The notes: generated from the letters alone by a model not told the origin. DNA of 39,040 nucleotides from Candidatus Stahliibacteriota bacterium (GCA_004376785.1 SOIY01000229.1:1-39040), one strand, 5' to 3'; shown: positions 23,114 to 32,958, counted from the stretch's first letter. Numbers and translations: made by a program.

Positions 23114-26100
23114 CTATACAAAACTGTTATTTCCACCGAGACATATCCCAGTGGTACGATTCTTAGATAATTCTTTTTGACCTTCTACCATTACATTGTG
23201 AGCATCATCGCTTATAGTATTAACAGTTAGCACCCTCTCAACGTAGTCCATAAGAGTTTTGCATGCGTCACGTTTATCTACGTCCTTAATAGTAGTTATT
23301 GTGTCATTATCCATAAAATCCTCAAGGACAGTCTTAGCATTATCTGATTTTCCACTCATAATAGTTTTAAGAATCTTACTTGGTGTATCTACCGCATCGG
23401 CGTCAAGATGATCGAGCAGTTGACATCCTTCTAAGTTAGCCCTGCTTGCAAAGTAAATCTTATTTTCTTTACGAACTATACGATTTATAACGTTGCTCCA
23501 GCCTTTCTCTTTAGCCTTTTGATGGTATGAATACAGATTATATATACCAACGTCTGCTGCTTTCTTCTTAATAATGTTGCATATTATAGCAGAGGTTTCG
23601 CTGGCGAATCCATGTTTGACCAGCATCTCAACATCACCGGTGCAGATTGCATCCATTACTATAGAATGCAGAGAAAGTACACCATGCTTCTGTTTAAACA
23701 CAGTATTACCTACCCGATCTAAAAATACTTCGATGGCAATGTTTACCTGTTGGTCATCTCTAACCTCAGAGTTTTCCAGTATACGCATTATATTATATGA
23801 TAACGCAATTACAGGACCGGTATGACTCTTAACACCTGTAGCTTTATCTACTAGGCCGGCGAGTGTATCAGCAGTAAGATCTCCGAACATTGTTATGTTA
23901 TAAGCGTGTAATCCAAAACAGTTAGTTTCAGGAACACCTGCTTTATTGTTTAACTGCTGAATAACCTCATAACACATCTTATTAGGTTCTTCCCACTCTT
24001 TTCGTAATAAAGCAACAGCTTCTTGTGTATGAAATGATGCCAGATAGATGACATCACCATCGAAATCTAAACCAAGAGAACATAAGTTGTTGCCACTGAC
24101 TCTGATGGTATATTTACATAAATCATCGTGTGTGACTCGTACCTTCTGAGGCCGGATAGACATAAAACCTAAGCATGGGAACCTTTCAACTAGCACTACA
24201 TCCCCATTGGTTACTCGCAAAGTTTTGGCCATATTCCTGTGTATCTCTATAGTATTTTCTGGCAGTCTGTTGGATAATGTAGCTACTGCTTTTGCAGAGA
24301 ATGGGTATCTTACTGACATTCCTAGTTGCGATATGTCACCACGTTTGGTGCCTAACATTTTAGATACCTTTGCGAAATAGGTATAGACTGAATTGTATAG
24401 CATCCGAATAGCTATAGCATTCTGAGGATCGGCCAAATATCTATGAGACATTACTAACATGTTATTAACTAGCACGCCTATCTCATTCAAGCCGAACTTA
24501 CCGTTGTCATGCTTCCAGCATTTTCTCATGCTAGATTTTGGTATATATATTTTATCAAACACACGAACTTTTTCAGATATTAATGTTCCTATTGTTATTG
24601 TTGCTGCGCCTTCGTGGATAACTTCACCATCATCATCAAGAGTCACCTGGTATGTTATAGGTAACTGCATGATAAATCCATCAGGCGCAAAGTAATCGTC
24701 CACAATAGTATTTTTGATATACTCTTCGTCCACTATAGTTCCAGCTGATTGATCCACATACTTCAGGTCTTTAGTTTGATACGTTGGAACATCTGGTGGC
24801 AACTCACCACGTTTTGATCTTAGAACTTTAAGATTTTCATGTATGTTGTCACTACCTTGAGCGTATGATAGGATCTCCGTTAGTAGAGCATTATCCTTTC
24901 CAAATCTAGTTTCTAATGCTCTCATTTCTACGTGTGATAGTTTTAAGCCAGCCCGTCTAAGTCCTTTAATATCTCTTCTGATAGTAGCATTCTCATCCCA
25001 TAGAGCGTTCTCTACACTTGCTATTACCCCCCAGAAAACTTCACCGCAGACACCTTCTAGCTTGCCCATGTATGTCTCACAAGACCATGTACCATCCCCT
25101 GGAAGATTATTCATTGTTAATATCTTACTCACATAAGACATATCTACTTGATAATCATCAGGTATTACTGTAGGTCCTTCCTTCGTGTTATTCAGAAGTG
25201 CTTCTAGTATCTGCCCGAAGTTCTTTCTTTTCTTTATTGATTTAGCAGATACAATTACATCAATCTTTCTTGTCTTGCCGGTCCTTGGATCGATAGCATA
25301 ACCAAGATCTTTCATCCTGATTACACCCTTATTGCCATGCAGATTAGTGATCTTTACGCCGTCTCTGAGATTACGTTTGTATTCTATTATTACATTGAAT
25401 ACTTCCGTAATTGTTCCACCTACGTTGGTCGCAGACTTAGTAATCTTTTTCACTTTTGCCTTATCACAATCAATATCAAATTTCTTAATGGTACCGGCGT
25501 TAGATGTAGATAGAATTTGTCCTTTTCTTATTAACTTTCCTTTGTGGACATGGAGTTTGTCGAAGCATTCGTATCTCTTCTCATATGTTATATACTTATT
25601 CCTATGTTGTAAGTCAACCATAATTTGGTCTTCAAAAACATCAGGAATATCGACAAACAAGGTAAATAGATTCCATCCTTTACGTGTAATACCTTGGTCC
25701 ATCAAATCCTGCATGGCCTGCGATCTAACTTTTGGTAATTCATCCCCCTTCATCCCTAACGTAGAATATAAATTTCGCTGGGGATTATGATAATGTATAC
25801 CGAATGGGGTTAGATGACGGATATCACGCATTAAGATATAATTCTTATTAGCTAAGCTACCATCAGCTAAACCGATTGAAGTCCATCCTCTATCAAAATA
25901 GGCTTTGTTCTTCTCAATCTGGTAAGATAAGCGTTCTTCTGGACTTTTAAGCTCATCAAATACAGGATCAACTATTACTAACCTTCTGTTCATTACCCAG
26001 CTATTAAGATAAGTCTCGTGCAGGGGCATCTTATTTATTATTTCATTAATTGCCCGTTGTAAATTGTATACAATTGTGGAAGTGTTGCCATTATTATATG

Positions 26101-26485
26101 AGTATACTAGTTGCTGTATATATGGAATTTTCTTGATCAACCCTCTAGGTATAATACCATCAGGATTATCACAAACTATTTTCTGCATAACAGCAAAGTA
26201 ACTTAAGATGAGGTCATCTTTACGAATAAAATGAGAACATACAGCTCTTCGCACTTCGTTCTGTTTGACTAAAAATACGCCATTGTCCTCATATGGTATA
26301 GGAACATTAAATGAATGCTGCTCATCATCTTTAGAAAGTATAAACCAAAGTGAATTATTAGCAATCTTTGTATCAAGTTTGATTCCGAAATCTATATTCT
26401 TTTTCTTCCCCTCAACATCAGTTCTGGCCACAAATTGTGCTATCACACTTGAACGCAGTAATTCAGTCTTTGACTCCAAATTCAT
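23114..26485 (-). CDS. single-polypeptide RNA polymerase with fused beta-like and beta-prime-like catalytic modules
   Basis: Beta-like: FEDQIMVD, NLHGNKGVI (aa 383-387, nt 25325-25339), KIDVIVSAKSIKKRKNFGQILEALL and GLKLSHVEMRALE (beta: [42 protein letters not shown]). Beta-prime-like: MSVRYPFSAKAV, VVLVERFPCLGFMSIRP, LGLDFDGDVIYL (aa 807-811, nt 24053-24067), ADTLAGLVDKATGVKSHTGPVIAL (bridge-helix-like). Confidence 0.8.
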   Translation of the reverse strand: MNLESKTELLRSSVIAQFVARTDVEGKKKNIDFGIKLDTKIANNSLWFILSKDDEQHSFNVPIPYEDNGVFLVKQNEVRRAVCSHFIRKDDLILSYFAVMQKIVCDNPDGIIPRGLIKKIPYIQQLVYSYNNGNTSTIVYNLQRAINEIINKMPLHETYLNSWVMNRRLVIVDPVFDELKSPEERLSYQIEKNKAYFDRGWTSIGLADGSLANKNYILMRDIRHLTPFGIHYHNPQRNLYSTLGMKGDELPKVRSQAMQDLMDQGITRKGWNLFTLFVDIPDVFEDQIMVDLQHRNKYITYEKRYECFDKLHVHKGKLIRKGQILSTSNAGTIKKFDIDCDKAKVKKITKSATNVGGTITEVFNVIIEYKRNLRDGVKITNLHGNKGVIRMKDLGYAIDPRTGKTRKIDVIVSAKSIKKRKNFGQILEALLNNTKEGPTVIPDDYQVDMSYVSKILTMNNLPGDGTWSCETYMGKLEGVCGEVFWGVIASVENALWDENATIRRDIKGLRRAGLKLSHVEMRALETRFGKDNALLTEILSYAQGSDNIHENLKVLRSKRGELPPDVPTYQTKDLKYVDQSAGTIVDEEYIKNTIVDDYFAPDGFIMQLPITYQVTLDDDGEVIHEGAATITIGTLISEKVRVFDKIYIPKSSMRKCWKHDNGKFGLNEIGVLVNNMLVMSHRYLADPQNAIAIRMLYNSVYTYFAKVSKMLGTKRGDISQLGMSVRYPFSAKAVATLSNRLPENTIEIHRNMAKTLRVTNGDVVLVERFPCLGFMSIRPQKVRVTHDDLCKYTIRVSGNNLCSLGLDFDGDVIYLASFHTQEAVALLRKEWEEPNKMCYEVIQQLNNKAGVPETNCFGLHAYNITMFGDLTADTLAGLVDKATGVKSHTGPVIALSYNIMRILENSEVRDDQQVNIAIEVFLDRVGNTVFKQKHGVLSLHSIVMDAICTGDVEMLVKHGFASETSAIICNIIKKKAADVGIYNLYSYHQKAKEKGWSNVINRIVRKENKIYFASRANLEGCQLLDHLDADAVDTPSKILKTIMSGKSDNAKTVLEDFMDNDTITTIKDVDKRDACKTLMDYVERVLTVNTISDDAHNVMVEGQKELSKNRTTGICLGGNNSFV

Positions 26486-26487
26486 AG

Positions 26488-27315
26488 TTAGGCTCCTTTG
26501 CTATGATTTAACTTGATTAATGCCATTGACATCTTATTCATGTTTGTTGCTATTATGCGTCGTGATTTATTAACTGCATATTTATTAACAATCGCCTCCT
26601 TTTGCATAGATTTTTCTTCATCAAAAAAGTTTTTGACATACATATTGAAAAACTCATCGTACCCAGCGTGTTTTATTTGTAATTTTAGTAACATTTGTTT
26701 AAAAGTAACTAGGTAATTAGCATAATTTCTTACAGAATATATTGTTGACGCAGTTCTTATTGCTAAAACAACATCTTGTAATTCAAGTTTGGAGTAATCT
26801 TTTAGTAATTGAAAGATAAACTTTTGTGAATACTTGAGTTGTTTTAAAATAATAGGTATTACTTTATTAAAATGATAGTGCTCTATATGACTTTGTACCC
26901 ACGCCCTATTTTTAATTCCTTCATTTTTTAATATATTACTAAAAGTATTCCTTGGTACAATAGTTCCGGCACAAACTACGCCACTATCTTCAGATAGTTT
27001 CTTGAAAAAAGAAGAGTTCTTTTTGAAGTTTCTTCTAAGACTTTCTATATTTTTTTCAGCATTTTGTTTAGAATTACATGTTTCAATTGGTATAACATTT
27101 AGAACAACTCTTCTCTCCCTTCTAAGCTTGTTCTCATTACCATATTTGATAAATATTATGGATATAGGTGTAACTATTAGTCCTTCTTCATAATTGATAG
27201 CCAGGAATCTTGTTGGTCCTATTCCAGAAATATAACCAATACTTCCACACCTAGGACTAAGCTTTTTGTTTGCGGTACTCATTACTATAGAAACTTGTGT
27301 ACCAATAGGAAACAT
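26488..27315 (-). CDS. hypothetical protein, tandem paralog A1 (immediately upstream of the RNAP gene)
   Basis: 275 aa. N-terminus IGTQVSIV...GSIGYISGIG...LIVTPISIIFIK parallels TGTKFTIS...GSVGFISSLGG...VVSMNTVLIRK in 27328..28110. Confidence 0.6.
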   Translation of the reverse strand: MFPIGTQVSIVMSTANKKLSPRCGSIGYISGIGPTRFLAINYEEGLIVTPISIIFIKYGNENKLRRERRVVLNVIPIETCNSKQNAEKNIESLRRNFKKNSSFFKKLSEDSGVVCAGTIVPRNTFSNILKNEGIKNRAWVQSHIEHYHFNKVIPIILKQLKYSQKFIFQLLKDYSKLELQDVVLAIRTASTIYSVRNYANYLVTFKQMLLKLQIKHAGYDEFFNMYVKNFFDEEKSMQKEAIVNKYAVNKSRRIIATNMNKMSMALIKLNHSKGA

Positions 27316-27327
27316 CGTTATAACCCC

Positions 27328-28110
27328 TTACTTGGTTTTGGCTTTATGTAATTTATTTATTTCTTTTTCTGTAACTTTGTAATACTTTATGGTTCTTTCT
27401 ATTAAACCATTATCATCAGTAAATTTGTATTCGTTTTTTGCCCCTTTCTTTTCCAGAAATTTACCTTTATTTGTAAACTCCAAAAATTCTGAAGCATTTA
27501 ATTCACATTTTGCTTTTGATTCATCCATGTCCAAATGTATTTTGACCATGGATGAATACATAACGCGTGCTTCGTCTATAAATGACTCCCTGACCTCCAG
27601 ATTTTCATAAAAATTTAGATGACCACCTGGGTCTTCTCTGAAATAATCTGGTAATCTAAGTATTTTATTAACAGGATTTTTATTACTTGACGGCCACTTA
27701 TTGTGCTTACATCTAGATGCCATTAGCCTTAGTCTATGAGACATAGCTACGGACCATCCCAGGAAATCTAAGGAAGTTACTTCCATTAAATTATTGTGCT
27801 GATTTTCTTCCTTATCTATATAAACAAAGCTTTTTCTGTTCTCAATTGTTGGTAGTATCTTTGCAAAATTTTCTGAGTCAAATGTAAAAACAGGCATTTT
27901 AAGTCTGCAAATCTCTATCCTGTCTTTACCTGTTTTACCCTTTCTTATTAGTACTGTGTTCATACTCACCACGTTTTGATAGCTATCATCCAGTCCACCT
28001 AGAGATGATATAAATCCAACGCTGCCTGGAATATGAGAGGGGTTTTTAATTTTGTCTGAAATTGTAAATTTAGTACCGGTATCTAGTATACCGCTTTGTA
28101 AAAGTTCCAT
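27328..28110 (-). CDS. hypothetical protein, tandem paralog A2
   Basis: 260 aa. Its N-terminal domain resembles that of 26488..27315. Confidence 0.6.
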   Translation of the reverse strand: MELLQSGILDTGTKFTISDKIKNPSHIPGSVGFISSLGGLDDSYQNVVSMNTVLIRKGKTGKDRIEICRLKMPVFTFDSENFAKILPTIENRKSFVYIDKEENQHNNLMEVTSLDFLGWSVAMSHRLRLMASRCKHNKWPSSNKNPVNKILRLPDYFREDPGGHLNFYENLEVRESFIDEARVMYSSMVKIHLDMDESKAKCELNASEFLEFTNKGKFLEKKGAKNEYKFTDDNGLIERTIKYYKVTEKEINKLHKAKTK

Positions 28111-28111
28111 T

Positions 28112-28471
28112 TTATTCTATCTCCTGCACAACAAAATTGTTATCATTCTCAGAAACAAACACTGCGCTTTTTTCTTTAGTGTTAACTGAGCTTATGTAGT
28201 TAAGTCTCTCTGATACAAAGAGTTTCTTATCCATATTAATGCTGTCCCCGTCTATTTTCTTTATTACTATAACAAGACGATAGCCTTCCAGGGTGTCATA
28301 CTTTTTACATACTTCTATTAATGGTTTAGTTTCTTTAGACTCTATTTTGCTGGCCGCTTTTCTGCTTTGGCATATAGCATTAAACTCGTCATCTTTTATA
28401 AAGCCTAAGAATCTACCAATATATTTATGTTCTGTTTTATCTACTAAATAATGCAACTCAACTTGTGCCAT
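28112..28471 (-). CDS. hypothetical protein (119 aa)
   Basis: ORF abutting its neighbours with 1-nt gaps. No motif recognised. Confidence 0.55.
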   Translation of the reverse strand: MAQVELHYLVDKTEHKYIGRFLGFIKDDEFNAICQSRKAASKIESKETKPLIEVCKKYDTLEGYRLVIVIKKIDGDSINMDKKLFVSERLNYISSVNTKEKSAVFVSENDNNFVVQEIE

Positions 28472-28472
28472 A

Positions 28473-28982
28473 TTAATCTTCTCCTAATTTATCTAATTTT
28501 TCTGCAATATCAGCTATACTTTTGCACGTTTCTATTGTGTCATCTGTCTCAATGTCATCCTCGTCAACCGACATCACTATACTTAATTCATAACCATATA
28601 GTATAAACATTTGATCAATATCATAAAGAAAGTTTGCTGATTCGTTACCTTTCAACAGAGACCTTACCTCATAGGCTAATTCTTTGTAGTCATCGTCTGA
28701 CTCAGAATCAAGTATAACTCCATGTGAATGATTCTCTTGATCCATAACTACTATAAATGCCTGTTGATTCCTAAGATCTCTTGGTATTGATTTGGCTGAC
28801 GTTAATACTCCATGTATTACTCTTAAGTCTGAACAAATACTTATATTTTTAGTCCTTAGATGACTAAGAAGCTGTTCATACGAGGAACACACAACCAACT
28901 CACCAGATGGAGTGACAGCAGTATCAACCCCTACTATGTACACTTCCTCATAGAGCATATTAAATAATGCTGATTTATCCAT
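28473..28982 (-). CDS. acidic hypothetical protein (169 aa)
   Basis: D/E-rich (DSESDDDYKE, VDEDDIETDDTIE). 8-nt overlap with the upstream gene. Confidence 0.55.
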   Translation of the reverse strand: MDKSALFNMLYEEVYIVGVDTAVTPSGELVVCSSYEQLLSHLRTKNISICSDLRVIHGVLTSAKSIPRDLRNQQAFIVVMDQENHSHGVILDSESDDDYKELAYEVRSLLKGNESANFLYDIDQMFILYGYELSIVMSVDEDDIETDDTIETCKSIADIAEKLDKLGED

Positions 28983-29688
28983 TTATTTCCTTAATGTTTA
29001 TGCTATCTGCAGAAACATATTTGGTTTTGAACTCTTTCATGTTCATTTTAAGAAAATTATTCAGTAATGTTTTGTAATAAATGTAAGCTTTGGCACTACT
29101 AACCATAAATTCAGGGTGCCATTGCACCCCAAACACTTTATACCATGGTATAAGAATAGCTTCTACTTCTGGCCCATGCCAATTTATTTCTTCATCTTTA
29201 TTACCTATGTATTTGCTAGATTGCTTTTCAAGACTCCAAGCTAGGATGTGTCCATCTGCTGGAGGTATACACATTTGATGATGAAGACTGTTAGTCATAA
29301 ATGAGTCAAACGTTTTACAAGAAGTATTTACTATATGCTGATTTGATACATGCCCATCCATATGGTGTATTAATTTACCGCCACACATCACATTTAGAAA
29401 TTGCATGCCCCGACAGATACCAGCCATAGGTATATTAGATTTCATAGCTACATTAAATATCTTTTTGTCCAACTCATCGCGTTTTTTACTCACCGTGCAA
29501 TAATTTTTTGGACTAGTATCACCGTAGAGTTCAGGTGATACATCTTCTCCGCCAGTAAATTGTACCAGTTTAAAATCTTTAGGATTTAACACAAAAGCAG
29601 TATAGTCGAGAGTTACTTCACCGAAATCTCTCAGCATAGGTGCATATGAGTTATTATCTGGGTTAAGAACTAGTATCCTATCTTTCAT
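28975..29688 (-). CDS. class-I glutamine amidotransferase-like / peptidase C26 (gamma-glutamyl hydrolase, PuuD-like), copy 1
   Basis: Nucleophile elbow PMAGICRGMQFLNV and GVQWHPEF (His-Glu of the triad). Confidence 0.85.
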   Translation of the reverse strand: MKDRILVLNPDNNSYAPMLRDFGEVTLDYTAFVLNPKDFKLVQFTGGEDVSPELYGDTSPKNYCTVSKKRDELDKKIFNVAMKSNIPMAGICRGMQFLNVMCGGKLIHHMDGHVSNQHIVNTSCKTFDSFMTNSLHHQMCIPPADGHILAWSLEKQSSKYIGNKDEEINWHGPEVEAILIPWYKVFGVQWHPEFMVSSAKAYIYYKTLLNNFLKMNMKEFKTKYVSADSINIKEING

Positions 29689-29691
29689 ACA

Positions 29692-29991
29692 TTATTCCTC
29701 TAAATCAGGTGTTTTGATTTCTTGTGGTTTTGCAAGCTCGTAAGCAATATCTACGACATCAGCAACCTTAATGAACCGTTGCACAGGTGACTCGTCAAAG
29801 CTTATACAAAATACAGGTTCTGTCATTCTCTTACCAGCAAGAGAGCCAGTCTCTCTATAATCTATTTTTGATACAGCGGGACTATCCTCTACTACTGTAC
29901 CATCTTCAAGCGTTGGTTGTTGATCAACAGTAAACTTAACTGGTAAACTTAAGTTATAACCTTTTCTCCAAATTTCTATAATTCCTGCCAT
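29692..29991 (-). CDS. hypothetical protein (99 aa)
   Basis: ORF with a GAGGAG SD, preceded by a 166-nt structured leader. Confidence 0.55.
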   Translation of the reverse strand: MAGIIEIWRKGYNLSLPVKFTVDQQPTLEDGTVVEDSPAVSKIDYRETGSLAGKRMTEPVFCISFDESPVQRFIKVADVVDIAYELAKPQEIKTPDLEE

Positions 29992-30157
29992 TTTTAATCT
30001 CCTCTTTTTTTATTTTACAGGACCGCACAGAACGGTCACAGAGAAACCCTCGAATCTTATGTTTCACTATTACTTTGCTACGCAAAGTCATATGTATGGA
30101 TTTTTGGTAAAAATCCAACACTATATTTATTGGACGATAGACAAAACTAATCAACGT

Positions 30158-30565
30158 TCACATGCCTGGTTCCCACAATCCATCATCGATTTTCATAGAA
30201 GTCTTAGGCTCTCGCGAATATTCATAGACATACACTTCCATCTTTTCACCATCTTTTGTTTTTGCCGTGACCACCCTACGGTTATACAAATTGTTTTTTT
30301 CTTCACTTTTTGGGTTATAACCTTCAATCATATCCATAGTACGGATTATTTCTTTTATGTCATCCTTGTGAAATTTATGAACTTCACCTTGGACGAGCCC
30401 TTTACCTTTCAGCTTTATTGTAGGATAAGGTCCTAAATTATACAGCGATCCAACAATCGTAGCAGGTGTTACAGATAGACGAGTATCAGCAAATACTTTT
30501 CTATCCAAGGGTCTTCCTTCTTTAAGCGTTCCATACACAAACACATTTAATACTTTCTTACTCAT
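30158..30565 (-). CDS. gamma-glutamylcyclotransferase (GGCT/AIG2-like)
   Basis: VFVYGTLKEGRP (YGTL-x-x-G signature), GPYPTIKL..GLVQGEV and MDMIEGY (catalytic Glu context). Confidence 0.85.
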   Translation of the reverse strand: MSKKVLNVFVYGTLKEGRPLDRKVFADTRLSVTPATIVGSLYNLGPYPTIKLKGKGLVQGEVHKFHKDDIKEIIRTMDMIEGYNPKSEEKNNLYNRRVVTAKTKDGEKMEVYVYEYSREPKTSMKIDDGLWEPGM

Positions 30566-31961
30566 TAGAACCTCCTTTTTTAACTACAATTTTTTTCTCT
30601 GTTACTTCTTCATCTAGACTCCATCTAGCCTGATCATATATTTTTACATCACTAATTACTCCTTTTATTTCTTTCCCCGGTTTAATTGATTCATTAGGTG
30701 GTGCAGCGTCCATCTTGAGTCTAATTCCACGAAATCTGTCAGAAGACAAACTTTTGATTGATAAATCTTGTCCTGAATTGCCTATATCAATTATAGGTGG
30801 AGAATCTTGGCCAAGAGTATGACGATTAACAAGAACAGCACTTTCATTAAGTGGATTTATAGTAGACTCAGCAGGTGTAGTTACAGCAAAACTAGACGCT
30901 TTCTCATAATCATCATGGTGTCTGAATTTCTTTTTCTTTTTAACAGAGGATCTTAATTTAAGTTTAAATACAATTTTCTCACACAGAGCTGCCGCAGAAC
31001 GGCTGCCGAGATACCTACCTTTTATTTTTCTGGCTCTATCTTCAGTGTAGACCATAGGGTCAGCACTTATTTTTTTGAGATAGATACCAAAGTCTTTTCT
31101 AGCCGTCGAAATAATCAGGCTATGTAACTCATCAGGTGTTAGTTTCTTAAGCATTGATGGAAAAAATCTGAGATTTACATTACCATCCTGACCAAGCATT
31201 ATTTTAGTATATATCTTACTACTTTGTTGTTTTACTTTATTACTTTTCCTTTGTTTCAGGTAATTTTGATTGGCCTGGTCTATTGATATGCCTAAACTCC
31301 ATCCTCGCTTTGTGTATTTTCTAAATCTTTCAGTAAGTTTTGAGTGGTAGTTAGCAACACGTATTATTCTATTTTTACAATCATCTAACGCTGATTTGAT
31401 AACTTCAAATATCTTGCCATGTCTATCGATAGCAACACCACAAAATATAAAATCAACTGCACGTACTATACTTAATGCATCACTCAATGGGTCATCTGTT
31501 TTTTCCATAGCCTGTATGATTTGAACATGTTTGTTGCCGACAGTTTCAAATGCTACTACGTCAGAAACGTTTCTGTAAGATTTTTTAGATTTATCCAGAG
31601 AAGATTTTTTAAATTGGGGTGGGGGAACGTGGTAACCAACCGCGCGAGGAGGATGCCACTTGCCTCTATTAGGCGATTTTGATCTAAATTCTTTACGGCT
31701 AAAATCAGTCTCACTTATTGTATTTCCTGCAATCTGTTTCCATTTTGAGGAGTTGGCAAATCTTTTGCACAGCTTCATAAATTCGAAATGTGATACTGCT
31801 ATATCCAAATCACCATTAGCAGGTAATCCTGAGATAATAGAAGTTATAGAGCTACCATATACTACTGCGTTATCAGTTAACATGGTGCTTATATTATCAA
31901 ATCGTTCATCAATAATTTCAACGATAAACGGTTGCTCTATTGTTTTAAGATATTGTTCCAT
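30558..31961 (-). CDS. pol-beta-superfamily nucleotidyltransferase-like protein
   Basis: VVYGSSITSIISGLPANGDLDIAVS fits the hG[GS]-x(9-13)-D-h-D/E-h minimal NTase motif. The rest is unrecognised, with a basic K-rich central part. 8-nt overlap with the GGCT gene. Confidence 0.5.
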   Translation of the reverse strand: MEQYLKTIEQPFIVEIIDERFDNISTMLTDNAVVYGSSITSIISGLPANGDLDIAVSHFEFMKLCKRFANSSKWKQIAGNTISETDFSRKEFRSKSPNRGKWHPPRAVGYHVPPPQFKKSSLDKSKKSYRNVSDVVAFETVGNKHVQIIQAMEKTDDPLSDALSIVRAVDFIFCGVAIDRHGKIFEVIKSALDDCKNRIIRVANYHSKLTERFRKYTKRGWSLGISIDQANQNYLKQRKSNKVKQQSSKIYTKIMLGQDGNVNLRFFPSMLKKLTPDELHSLIISTARKDFGIYLKKISADPMVYTEDRARKIKGRYLGSRSAAALCEKIVFKLKLRSSVKKKKKFRHHDDYEKASSFAVTTPAESTINPLNESAVLVNRHTLGQDSPPIIDIGNSGQDLSIKSLSSDRFRGIRLKMDAAPPNESIKPGKEIKGVISDVKIYDQARWSLDEEVTEKKIVVKKGGSNE

Positions 31962-32208
31962 TACCCTTCCTTGTATCAGTTACTGATAATCCCATAAGTG
32001 TATACCCCTGAGCTTTATAGACTTCCTCGAATGTAATGAATCCATACTCAAGTACCCAAGTACTTATGGGTGAAATTCCATTATCTATTATCTTTTCCCT
32101 TAACCTTTTTACTATATCCCTAGCTTCTGTTAAGTTGAAACTTTTATAGATAAGACATTCTGCGTCGTCATCACACAGTCTGAATTCTATCGTCCATCTT
32201 TTTGTCAT
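31945..32208 (-). CDS. hypothetical protein
   Basis: Start placed at the ATG at 32208 (MTKRWTIEF...), which forms TAATG with the stop of 32208..32957. The longest ORF (to 32268) would overlap that gene by 61 nt. Confidence 0.5.
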   Translation of the reverse strand: MTKRWTIEFRLCDDDAECLIYKSFNLTEARDIVKRLREKIIDNGISPISTWVLEYGFITFEEVYKAQGYTLMGLSVTDTRKGNGTIS

Positions 32209-32957
32209 TATTCTTTGCCGAAGTGATTTATAAGTAAATTGTGATCCTTTAGTTCTTCCGGATGCCATTGTACGCCAGCTATCTTACTTTTGCCCCAATT
32301 TCTAAAGATGATACCTTCTCCAACAACTCCCACTTCGTCAGCGCCAAGACCACGTGTTGCCCAAGCCGTCAACTGTAAGGTAGGTGTAACCATTGATGTC
32401 TTTTCTAACTCTTTTTCATCTTTGTGAACATGCAGATACTGATGATGCATACTATTTACCGGCATAAAATCTACTGTTTTCTTTTTGGCGCCGCCGTATA
32501 ATAAATCCGTCCTGGCTTTGACGTAGTGAGACGGAATAGTTCTTGATAAACCAAGTTCAGAGGTTGCCGCATGACTACTTATGTGTTGCTGATATTGTAA
32601 GTCTGTACCTGTTTTTGGATTCTTAAGAATGTACTCTCTTACCATCAATTGAAAGCCTCTGCAGATACCAAAGATAGGTCGTTCAGCTTTGAAGAAAGCC
32701 CAGAACAATTCTCTTTCAAATGCATCTTTTTCAGGATCAGTAGCATGGGAGCCCCAATTATTATCACCATAAAAGATTGGGTCAATGTCTTTACCACCAG
32801 GTAGAAGTAGACCGAATTTGCCTTGAGCCAACTCCTTTGTTTTGTTTTGCGGTACCGCTATTAATGGTACGTGTCCAGCATCGGCTATATAATCAATATA
32901 GGCTTTGTTGATTTGATATGTAGACTTTTCAGGCCCTGCAGGTATAACAATAACCAT
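32208..32957 (-). CDS. class-I glutamine amidotransferase-like / peptidase C26, copy 2
   Basis: PIFGICRGFQLMV and GVQWHPEEL. LLPGGKDIDP is typical of the family. Confidence 0.85.
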   Translation of the reverse strand: MVIVIPAGPEKSTYQINKAYIDYIADAGHVPLIAVPQNKTKELAQGKFGLLLPGGKDIDPIFYGDNNWGSHATDPEKDAFERELFWAFFKAERPIFGICRGFQLMVREYILKNPKTGTDLQYQQHISSHAATSELGLSRTIPSHYVKARTDLLYGGAKKKTVDFMPVNSMHHQYLHVHKDEKELEKTSMVTPTLQLTAWATRGLGADEVGVVGEGIIFRNWGKSKIAGVQWHPEELKDHNLLINHFGKE

Positions 32958-32958
32958 T

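Noticed and set aside
29954-30154. 66-aa minus-strand ORF spanning the 29992-30157 leader.
   Set aside because: It overlaps the start of 29692..29991, has no SD, and its reading frame runs straight through three hairpins. It is more plausibly a non-coding leader.
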